Shown: positions 1 to 10,148 of the stretch, piece after piece
Layout of the letters: each line of letters starts with the position of its first letter
How positions within the stretch are numbered: position 1 is the first letter of the stretch
Source of the DNA: Hyaloraphidium curvatum SAG 235-1
Lineage: Eukaryota > Fungi > Monoblepharomycota
Direction: 5' to 3'
NCBI GenBank assembly: GCA_025558095.1
Contig: JAIVFI010000030.1
Coordinates: forward strand, 186,001-250,000
DNA: 64,000 bases
Notes under the pieces: generated by a model
The model's database searches: none
Seen by the model: the letters and a program-made list of their open reading frames with translations, nothing else
Told to the model about the DNA's origin: nothing
Position numbers and translations under genes: made by a program

Positions 1-472
1 CGCTGCTGTTCCATGGAAAGAGTGGCACCGAATGCGAGGATGTTGAAGCGGAAGCTTCTCTCCATGTAGGGAACGAGCAGGCCCGGATCCGCAGCGATGC
101 GGGCCTTGAGCACAGCGTGCAGCTCATCGTACGAATCTCCTTCGGCCCAAAGCTCCACCACGAGCTTGACAAGGACCGACCGCCTGGTGAGGCGAATCGC
201 TTCCTCCCGCGATGACAGGTGGATCTTCACAAAGACCGCGTCCTGTTCCGGACGAAAGCCGCGGGAGAGACAAGGATGGGCAGACAATACAACCGCGATT
301 AGGCCAGCATATGAGGAATGCTTGAGGGACAAACCGGGGGGGCGTTCTTCCACTCCGCGACGTCCTCCTCAGCCAGTTCGACGCCCTCGGCCTCCGCGAT
401 CGATTGGAACTCCGGCAGCCAGAAGTCCCGATGCACATTGGGATACTGGAGCAGGAACGGAATCCGTCCCAT
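1..472 (-). CDS. TRM11: tRNA (guanine-10-N2)-methyltransferase catalytic subunit, 5' part (runs off window start)
   Basis: ATG at 472. Exon 1 reads MGRIPFLLQYPNVHRDFWLPEFQSIAE; a GT..CAG intron spans 334-243; then DAVFVKIHLSSREEAIRLTRRSVLVKLVVELWAEGDSYDELH...SFRFNILAFG. This resembles the Trm11 N-terminal (THUMP-like) region. Confidence 0.8.
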
Positions 473-640
473 ATTCTCCTTTCTTCCCCCCCTCTTCTTC
501 CCCTTTTTCTCCCGTCTCCCTTGCAATCTGCTGTCTCGCTCGGTAAAGGACTTACTACTCTATGCCTGAGGTGCCAAGCGCGGCGGTTCGGACACACGGG
601 AGCTATCTCTGCGTCCTTTAGACGTGCGTATCGACTGCCG

Positions 641-3600
641 ATGTGTTTCCCGCGGTCGCGCCGGGGCGGTGGCTTTGGCGCCGAGCGGAGGTCGCGGGGT
701 TGCCGGGTCCGCTTTCCGGCCCCGTCGACACCCCGGCGGCACACCAACGGCGCCTGGGGAGCTCTCCTCCGTTGGTGGGCCGCGGTCTTTGTGCTTGGTG
801 CACGCGTGATGGCCGGTAGTTGCGTCCGGCGCGGCGTCGCCGGCGGTGCTCCGGCCCCGGCCCGAGCGCACGACGACACCGCGACCGAGGAACAGAAACA
901 GGCCGCACGGAATGCCCACCGAGCTCTTATGGAGACGGTGTTCTACCACCACCTGGTCGGCCTCGGCTCCTTTGCCTTCCTGGGCGCCGGCCGCTTCGCT
1001 GCCCGGACGGCCCAGTCTGTGGCTCCCATGCCTGCGGCGACTTTGCCCTCGACCTCTGCCACCGCCGACGACCTCGACGGACCTCACCTCCACGGGAACG
1101 CGGCCATCGAGCTCACGCAGTGGTCTTGCGTGGCTCTGGTTCCTCACCCTGACGGTAGCGGCCGCCTCCTCCTCGCCATGAAGTCGCCGCACCCCATCTT
1201 CGCCGTCTCGTCCACCGGCATCGCCGTGGACAGCCCACTCGTCTTTGCCGCGCAGCTCCTTTTGCCCCTGCTCCTGCGCCGCATGACCAAGCTGCGCGCT
1301 GGCGACGAGCTCTTCGACCAGCACTCGGACTGGACCGGCGGAGTCCCGCCACAGCTCGCTGGCTACGCCCGCGCGGCCCTCCAGCCCGCGATCAGGCGGG
1401 CGATGGAGCTCCTTGCCGAAGGCGGCTTCGACGTCATGCTCCGCGGACGGCTGCAAGGCGATGGCCTCAACAGCGCGGCTGCGTTCGAGAAGGAGGAGGA
1501 CGAGCTGTCGGCCCCACGGGTGCGCAGCTCCGGGCCGTCGTCCATGATCGCGCCCGAAACCAGCGTCAAGGCCATTGCGCCAGGGCTCAACACCACGTCG
1601 CTCGGCACCTTCCTGGACCGCGAGATGCTGCCCGTTGCACTCCTGATTCCGGAACGCGTGAAGGAAGCCCTGGACGTCAAGGCCGACGCCGCTTTGCAAG
1701 GCCAGCTCGATCGGATTGGGACGGAAGGCATCGACGCCAACGCCATTCCCGACAAGCTGCGCAAGAGCGCGCGTGGCTTGTTGGCGCGGACGGCGCGTGG
1801 CAAGTCGGGCAAGGCAAAGGTGCTGAAGGCCGCGCGCGGGGACGGTGAAGAGGACGAGGACGGTGACCTGGACGATTCAGGGGACGAAGAAGAAGACGGC
1901 GAGGAACCTGGCGAGGAGCCGGCTGCAGGAAGCGCGCTGGAGAGAGTTCGCACGTGGTCTACACGGTGGCGAGATACCATTGCCAAGCGGCAGTGGTCGG
2001 CAGCTCGCAAGGCCGCCTCGGAGGCTCTCCTTGCGGCTCTGGACACCTTGTTTGCCAACTGCACCGAGGAGGCTGATGTTCAGCTCGCTGTTTTGGACCT
2101 CTTGAACCTGACCGACGACGTGCGAGGGCTCTTTCTATCTGGCAACTGGACGCAGGCCGCTCTCAACTCGGCCGCAACCGCAGCACGATTCGCCATCGAG
2201 ACTCTACCCGAGTTTCGTGCTCTCGTTCCTGTTCCCTCGGCACGGGCAATCTCGATCCCCATCACCGGGACCCTTGCGGCGCGTCTCTTGGTCTCCTGGA
2301 TCAGGGCCTGCACCAGGGAGATCAGGATGACGGTGGCGAACAGCCTATCCGCAACCCTGTCCGGGATGGAGCAGCGGGGAACGGTTGGGCCGCAGGACGC
2401 GGCCGACATCAGGGCGATCATCGAGAACGTCAAGCTCGGGTCGGACATCGCCGCCAAATCCTTTGGCCCTTACCTCCTCTTTGCATTTGAGGCTCTCTTT
2501 GCCGGACTTCCTCCTCTCGATCCGCGACCACGCGTTGTTCAATACGGCGATCGGAAGCTTCAGCTCCCTCCGCAATGGATCCCCACGCCGTTCCTCCAGA
2601 TCAACGGCTACTCAACCGTTCCTCTCGGAACCGTTTCAACTCACCACACCGCGCGCAAGACTGGCAGCGCCGCCGTCACCAAGTATGGAGCCGAGGTCCT
2701 CGGCGTCAACTCGTCCCGCGGCGAGAACATTATCATGGTGAGCAAACTGCCTGGGCCACCTGACAGCGAGCCATCTTCTGACTTGCTGGCACCTGCAGCG
2801 CTCCCGTACGCGCCGCGATTACACTCTGCCGGAGCAACCCGCCGCCGCCATCGACGTCGCCCCTCTCCCCGCTCAACGGGCCGGAATGGCTCAGCCGATG
2901 GACACGGAGACTACCGACGACGCCATGAACACGGACGTGGATTTGCTCGAGGCGCCGCAGCAGGAATTCGGGGCCCAGTTGCGGCCCGACGTGGAGGACC
3001 TGGAAATGTCGGAGGCACAACGGGAGGGCTCTTCCTCCGAGGAACGCCCAGTCGTGGAGCCTGCCGCCGCCGTGGAGCCTGCCGCCGCCGTGGAGCCTGC
3101 CGCCGCCGCGGAGCCTGCCGCCGCCGCGGAGCCTGCCGCCGCCGCGGACCGAAGTCAGCTGCGCCCTACCTCCTCGCTGCCCTACCTGCGTGCTCTGCAG
3201 CTGCACATTGGAGGACGTCCGGATCCTCTTCATGCCGAGGGCATCGAGCCGCTACTGCCTTGGGATGCTCCCGCTGCGCCCGCTGCTCCGCCGCCGGGAT
3301 CGTCTGCGGACCCTTCCCCCGCGGTTCCACCGGCCCCGATCGATGAGGACCTGATCTTCGGCCCGGACATGAACGACACCAGCATCGACATGCTGAAGCA
3401 TCTGCTTGGCAAGTGCTCGTTCGGAGCCGGTGCCTCCCGCACCGACGGCGCCTTCCGCGGCTGCATCCCGGAGGCCGCCTTCACCGTCCACCCCGCCAAC
3501 CCGGCCTTCTCGACGCAATCGTTTGTGATGAAGCAGGGCGGACCCCGCTGCTTCGTCCCGCTCATGTTCCGGACCGCGGACCCGGACTACGCCCGCTCGG

Positions 3601-4802
3601 TCATGCTCAACGTACCCTTTGTGTGTGTCGACTTCGGCGAGAAGATCACCGCCATCTCGGTGCTCATGGCCTACGTAAAGCCGGACGACTCGATCGGCGT
3701 CGCTATCACGCGCTTCCACGTCAAAAACACGACGGACAAGGCGAAGCACGAGTCGGCACGAGCGGCTGCCGAGGCGCAGAAGGGCGACAAGTACCGCGCC
3801 GACTTCAAGTCCTACACGTCCGGCGCCGGCAAGGCCCGGACCTGGAGCAAGTTCGAGTTCGACGCCTACACCCAGAACCTCCTCGACACAGCCGGCCCGA
3901 TCTTCGACCAGTCGTACAGCCGCGAGTCGCTCAAAGCCGCCGAGACCCTCAACCGCGCCACGGACTCGCACCGATACAAGATCGCCAACGATATCCTGTT
4001 CGGGGTCGATCGCACCCAGCTCATGGTGACCCAGATCCAGGCCAGCTACGCCGCGGCGAAAGAGTGGGAGAAGCTGCAGAAGCCTGCGGCAGAGGAGCCA
4101 CGGCAAGACGGGGAGCCGCAGCACTCGCCTGCCGAGGCCGAACACGCCCAGGCGGCTACGATCGCGGAGGAGCTGATGGAGGCGATGGCGCCGGAGATGG
4201 AGCTGGTGCTCGACGAAGCTGATCGCGCAGCAGGCGCAGAACAGGCGAGCGCAGAGGAGCATGCCCAACAAGGCGGACCAGCAGCTGACGGGCAGCACGA
4301 GGAGGACAAGGAGCGCGCGCGGCGCGAGCAGCGCAACGCTTTCATCGCCGGCAAGGTCAAGGAGGCGGTCGAGAGCCTCAGGGCTGAGCTTGCCGACGGC
4401 CGCAAGGAGCACTACAACCCAATCGTGATCATTGGCGACGGCGGCCATGGCGGGCGGACCCCGGATCCCGACTCGCTCGCCGGGTTCCTGGTGCGGCTGT
4501 TCCTCGTGATCTTGCTCAACGAGTGGGGCTCTTCTCAGGTAGGCTGGAGCGTCCTGCTGCATCGGTGCTTCGTCTGACGGATCTCCGAGCGCTGCCCTTC
4601 GTGCTATTCGAAGCTACTCCCTACGGATTACCTCCACATCAAGCTCTGCCCCTCGTGCCCCGGGCATGACGGTACCGGGAAACTTAAGGTCGAGAAGAAC
4701 GTTTCGGCGACTCTCTGCTTTTATCGAATCTTTCTACACATCCTGGCAACGGGCACGCGGCCTCCGGCCTTCCGTGACCCGACTGCCAAACTCACTACCT
4801 GA
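641..4802 (+). CDS. Giant Fanzor1/TnpB-like RuvC protein (~1250-1350 aa), spliced; start codon uncertain (ATG at 641, 809 or 929)
   Basis: Exons ..2737, 2799-4538 and 4590-4802 are joined by phase-0 introns 2738-2798 and 4539-4589. C-terminal motifs in order: RuvC-I VCVDFGE (D codon 3630), IVIIGDGG (4422), LLNEWGSSQ/RCPSC (E codon 4521), second CPSC (4647), VEKNVSATLCFYRIF...GTRPPAF. This matches the Fanzor1 pattern DPG..GD..vdEyxTSkxCxxC..CxxC..RDxNAaxNi..RPxxF. Confidence 0.8.
3054..3143 (+). repeat. Tandem 18-bp repeat x5 (GYGGAGCCTGCCGCCGCC) encoding (V/A)EPAAA inside the Fanzor-like CDS
   Basis: Three GTG-start units followed by two GCG-start units, read directly from the sequence. Confidence 0.95.
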
Positions 4803-4829
4803 CAAACGAACCAGGTACTTTAGCTGAAT

Positions 4830-5000
4830 GCGTGAGTGCACTGTGGTCGTGCATCGTGGATAGTTTACTCATGCGATGAGCTGTTTCGTGGAATTTGGTG
4901 TCCACCGTTGTGTTTGGTGGCGGTTCCCGGATTCCGTAGGAATCCGTCCCATTTCAGGGACGCAAGGAACCGCAAACTTGACTCCTGTGATCAATATTGG
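4830..5000 (+). ncRNA. Candidate omega-RNA (Fanzor guide RNA scaffold plus 3' guide); boundaries approximate
   Basis: Lies immediately 3' of the Fanzor-like stop. Stems: GCGGTTCC 4920-4927/GGAACCGC 4966-4973 encloses CGGATTCC 4928-4935/GGAATCCG 4939-4946 and TCCC 4947-4950/GGGA 4957-4960. Further stems at 4830-4837/4867-4874 and 4888-4892/4901-4905. Confidence 0.5.
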
Positions 5001-5103
5001 AACTCTTTGCGCTTCATCTGATTCCTCTTCAACTCTACTAGAACATGAAAAAAACACAGCGCATCAAGGGAGCTCAGCAGGGTATCCATGGCAGCTGTTT
5101 CTC

Positions 5104-8100
5104 TCAAGAGGCAGCAGGCGGAACGGCGGCGATCGCGCCATCTGTCGTGACGCCTGAAGGTGGGTCGGAGGCGGCCACCGCTGTCGGTTGTGCAGACTGC
5201 CCGTCTGCGGTCAGTTGTGCAGGCTGCCCGTCCGCGGTCGGTGGTGCGGACTGCACGTCCTCGGTCGGTGGTACGGATTGCCCCTCTGCAGCAGGCGCAG
5301 TTTGGCCCGTGAATGTCCCGGCCGGAACCACCGGAGAAGACGGCGCGGGAACCTCCGCGCTCGGTTTCGGTCCACTGACAGGTGTCAGTTCGATCTTGAC
5401 GAAGAGCGTAGCCCAAGGCACAATGTTGCCGTACACATTGCGCAGGGGAATGTGACGGTAACCTGTCGCGGCGTTAGATTGTGTCCCGCAAAACACTTTT
5501 GGCCTCCTCCCTACCTTGCCGGGCCCGGATGGCGCGGATATTGGCGTGGCAGACGTGATCGTTCGCACCGTAGTCGGAATCCCAGACCTCGAACCGAATG
5601 AAGGCCGTGTCCACGTTGTCTACGACCCATGTCGCCTTTTCGTTCCAGATCGGAGCGAACCCGTTGTCCTCGATGACCTTGGTCTGGTACACCGTTCTGA
5701 AGACATTGGCCGCCCGCACTTTGTCGAGCTGCTCAATCATGCCCGGAGGGACCAGGCGGGCATTGCGGCCAAAAACTTCGACCTCGACGAACTGCCATCG
5801 CAGTGTCAGTGGAAAACGACCGGCAAAACGAATCCCGGGAACTTGCCGGATCGATGATCTCGCTCTCGTAGCCCTGGTCGGCCGGTTTCGGCAGTTGCTG
5901 CGCCGAGATGATCTCGATCGTGATAAAGTGCGGAGCTGGAGGTTCGCCGATGCCGCGCAGGTAGTCTGGCTTCAGCACGTAGCCCGAATCGCCGTTGGAC
6001 CAGAACATCGCCCTGTTCAAGGCCCTGAACTTGTCCACGGTTTGCATGTTCAGTGCGACCATTTGCGCGCTGGGACAGCAAGTCAGCCACGATGATGGTG
6101 ACCGTGCAGCAAGCCACCGACCCTGCATCCCAGAATGGCTGCGGATTGTAGTTTGACGAATCGACGCGCCCTCCCCAGGGGTAGATGCGGCTCGTCTGGC
6201 GCTTGTTGAACTCAACGGCACCCGCCCAGTTCGTAGCAATGAGCTTCAAAGCCGCCACCTCCGAGAAGCTGGACACGAAGCATGCCTTTGCTTCACCTGC
6301 GACAAAACCTCAGGCAAACAGTAGGAATGCAAAGCCCGGCTGGCACCAACGGAGCGCGACGTCTAGGCCTGCAAACTTGTGGTTCTGGAAGTAGACTACC
6401 ATTGAGCCGAGTACCTTCGAAACCTGCGAGACAAGTGGCTTTCCGTCTGCGCACGATTGCACGCGTCAACCACTGCCGGTCGCACATCAAGCACATCGCC
6501 AAACCTTTGCCGACAGCAGTTTCGTCAATGTCTCCTTCCAGAGCTTCGATCTGATTCACTTCGTTTGTGGAAATCCGCTTAACCTCCTTCTCGCCCGATT
6601 CCGAAGATGCCGCCCCCTCCTGCAATGTTGGTGGTTCCAATGGTTGCTCGACGAGCAGCGCCCCAGACACATTGGTCGATGCGGCTGTTGCGACAATCAA
6701 GCCCGACACGGTCGCTGTGGGTGTTAGTTCGGCATTGGAATCCGCGACCAGTGCCTGATCGCCCTCAGTTCCGAATCCCGTGTTCATCGAGCCGGTTCGA
6801 AGAGCCGTCGGGCCGGTGCTTGACTCCACGGGTGGCACCACGATGGACTCTGCGAGCAACACACACGACGACTGAGTCGCGATCAGGGTGACGTCGACAG
6901 TGACGCTACCTGAAACAATAGTAGCGGGAATGGATACAGTTTCCGGGGCTTGCGCGACTTGAGGCGCGGCGACCTCCGGCACAGCGGCAGGTTGAACAGA
7001 GGCAGCCGCGGGTTCGAGCTTCTTGGGCACATATGCCCGATCTTTGAGGAGGAAGCGCCCGCGGAGGCTCTCAGGGCTGGGCAACGTGTCGGGATCGGCG
7101 CTAGGTACTGGCTCTGTGATGAGAGCATCGCCAAGCACCTCGCGCAGGATCTTTGCCATTTCTTCTTGTTGCGGTATCGAGCAGTGGTTCTCCAAAGACA
7201 GGATCGCCGGGTAATCGGTGACGCAGAAGGCGTACTTCTTGATGGTTTCGATGACGTCGCGGAACTTGACCGCGGATGTGCTAGTAGGCAGCTGGTCAGA
7301 TGCAGGGAGATGGACTGCAGAGCAAACGCACAGGGTAAAGCCGTGGTAGATGACCGGCTGTCCGTCCGCCCCGTCCCAGGTGTCGAGCTCGACGCACTTG
7401 ACGCCCAGCTGGAACGCTCTGATGTAGCCTTCGACGCTGCTTTCGGACTTGAGCTGGTCCCCGAGAAGGTAGGTGTTGTGCGACGAGTTGATGTAGTACT
7501 CAGTCATTGGCCGAGTCATGTCCTGGCATGTGCCAAAGTCCATGGGGTCGAAGATCATCATCGAGCGAGACGTCATAATGGCAGCAAAGTCTTCAGCAGT
7601 CTGCGAGGCGGCCGTGGTGAGCTGCCGCCGTTTGCGGTTTGGGAAGGAACGCACGATGAACTTTGCATCTTTCGCGTAAGCCGTCACGAAGCTATTGAAC
7701 TGATCGTCGTCCAGCGGCATCTTCATGCGCACACTCAGATCACATTAACGCAAGGAGCGTTCGGTCAGCACACCTTTTGAACCTGTGTCAAGAACACCCG
7801 CAGCCGTTCCGGAGGAATGACCATCAACCCGTCGGACCCCGACTTTTCAGCCATGGTATCGAACAATGCCTGCACGTCCTTGCGTACTCGAACGAGCCTC
7901 CACATCTTGCTGAACTCGTCGTAGCTTAACTCGCCCGATTGATCAAGATCGGCAGTCTTTCTCGCGGGTCAGCGACACTAATGGCAAGCGACAAGGCTCC
8001 CAACCACCTTGAATAGCGCGCCAAGGGCATCCTTGGACAGGTTGAAGTTCAGCATGAAGAAAAGTTTCGAGAGGCGGTCCATGTTGACGTTGATTCCTGC

Positions 8101-9665
8101 TTGACCTTTCTTCGGTATGTCCGTCAGGGCCATTTTCCATGCCGCTGCCATCGAAGCTTCATGGCCCTCCGCGAAGAGCTGCATCGAAGTCGTGGCGAAG
8201 GCCTGGACGAGGGCCCGCAGCGTAGTAACCCAGGCAGTAGCGAGAGCCGGGGTCGGACAGACTGGCCACATAGAGCAAGTTTAGCCAGTACGGTGTGTCG
8301 AGCGAGCGTGAAGCCTCACCGAGCCGCAACGCTTGCGGTGTCCCGAGCTCGTACAGGACTGTGAAGCTCCGACCTTGGAGCTCCGCTCGTCCCGTGATCC
8401 CCTCGCGGATCTCCCTTATAGATGAGAGTCCGACTGCGCAAAGCTTGGTCACCCGAAGACAGGAGCCGCAACACGGTTCTCACTTTCGGAAAATGTCGGT
8501 TTCGCAGACGTCAAGCGCGCCAAATAGCTGGCGCCGGTTTCGACTAGGAGCTTGGACGTATCGGCATCCAGTTGCACCAGTCGTTCCTGCTCCGTGCCTT
8601 GAGAGTTGAACGTCGATAGGAAGATGCGGTCAGCTGTGGTCTTCGCAAGCCAGAGAGCCAAGAACACCATCAGACTTGACCTTGACGAGCTTCATCCCGA
8701 GGCACAATGCTTGGGACACGGCGTCGGGGTGGTCCGTGTTCAGATCCACAGCAGATTGTGTCCCTTCCAGAGCCAGGTTCAAAGCCTCCCTAAAGCACAA
8801 AGGCGCTCGTCAGCGCCAGGCGCCGAGGCGTTCCGATAAGACTTCACCTCGTACGCTCCTGCTCCGAAAGAAGCACAAGAACCTCGTACTCAAGAGATCG
8901 AAGCTGTACCCCTCCCCATCCGCATGACATGCCCAGCTCGTCGCCCACTCGAACATAACCGCTGTGGAGGCCTCCTTGATGCTTCACTCTGGCAAGGTAG
9001 ATGGGGACGTTTTGGTCCTCCACCAGGATTGTCCCGCCCTGCACTGCTCCGGGTGGAGGTTCCTTCAAAGGTCCGCTCTGCTGCCGCCACACCAGCAACG
9101 ACGCCGATGCCCCCGGGACGGTCAGAACCTCAAACTCCGGGGAGGCAAGCTCGACTCCGTCCAGCCCAACAAGCGCTCCGTGGACGAAGTTGGCGACTTT
9201 GCCTGTGGAAAGAGTGGGTTCATTCCCTCAAGCAATCACAGCGTCCAGAGCAACTGACCGGGAAGCAATCCGTACTGCGTCATGACCCGGGCGATTTGGA
9301 GGGGCCGGTCCCTGAACCGACCGGCTTCGAATCCGCCCTTGACGGCGTTGGGAGGTATCGTCGACACCGTTGCCGTCACCTAAGGCATCGAAAGCACCTG
9401 AGTTCAAGTCCCGCGGCCGACTCCGGCGACCGCAGCCCACCCATTGCAAAGGCTCCGGCGGGTCTGGTCTCGGGAAGGCGAAACGCTCGGCCGATGCCGC
9501 CACCTGCGCGGCATCTATGGTCTTGATCGACCGGTCCTTCCTGAAACTGAAGGTGCGCTTGACGGGCTGCGGATTCTGGGTCGCCAGGGGCACCGCGGTC
9601 GGGCGCTGCACCTCCGGCTTCGTGTTGACCACTGGTATGGCCCGGGGGGAGCCATTCGCAGCCAT
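5104..9665 (-). CDS. PLC1: Phosphoinositide-specific phospholipase C (PH, EF-hand, X, Y, C2), multi-exon; start approximate
   Basis: X box QDMTRPMTEYYINSSHNTYLLGDQL...CVELDTWDG; Y box SRIYPWGGRVDSSNYNPQPFW and QMVALNMQT..SGYVLKP; C2 YQTKVIEDNGFAPIWNE; EF-like ADLDQSGELSYDEF. Confidence 0.93.
5183..5290 (-). repeat. Degenerate 27-bp tandem repeat x4 (9-aa ADGQSAQPT-like) in the PLC C-terminal tail
   Basis: Units start at 5183, 5210, 5237 and 5264 (consensus GTCGGTTGTGCAGACTGCCCGTCTGCG). Confidence 0.85.
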
Positions 9666-10148
9666 CGCGCCAAGCAAGGGCGATGGCTACGTTCCGAGCC
9701 CTCAAGGCGAGGGATTCAGCGTGCACGGATCGCCCAAGGCGGGGTCATGACGCTGTTCTGTTGTCTCGGAAGTGAGTAGGGGTTGGGGGACGCTGCGCCG
9801 GTGGACCCCTGGGCCGTTGCTCAGGACCCTTACTTTCCACCAGCAGCTGTGAAAGCCGCAGCACCATTCTGTCAGCTACTTCACTCTCGGACTGATAGGG
9901 TGTTGCTTTGATATGATACTGTATGGATCGTTTTGATCTCGGCGGATCGGACGAGGACGCCCGGTAAAGCTGCAGCGCAATTGCCGCCCGGAGTCACTGC
10001 TTATAGGCTGCATCCTTTGCTTTGCATTGCAGTAGGACTGAGTGGCTCGTTGGCTGTGCCGCGACGTGCTGTACCACCGGCTCCCCCACCGTGGGCGGTG
10101 ATGACTGCACGAGTGAACTCGCTCTGCTTGGCGACCGCAAAAACAAAC

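Noticed and set aside
3054-3143. 18-bp direct repeats as a CRISPR-like array next to a Cas12-related gene
   Set aside because: The units are contiguous with no spacers and lie in frame within the CDS; this is a coding minisatellite.
2738-3346. C-terminal part of ORF 404-3346 (GACRRR repeats) as real protein, or a programmed frameshift
   Set aside because: A canonical GTGAGC..CTGAC..CAG intron (2738-2798) explains the frame change. The Arg-rich tail is an off-frame reading.
4912-5041. Helitron 3' terminus (hairpin + CTAG at 5038-5041)
   Set aside because: The hairpins are more than 60 nt from the CTAG, the next base is A rather than T, and no Rep/helicase is present. Not supported, though not formally excluded.
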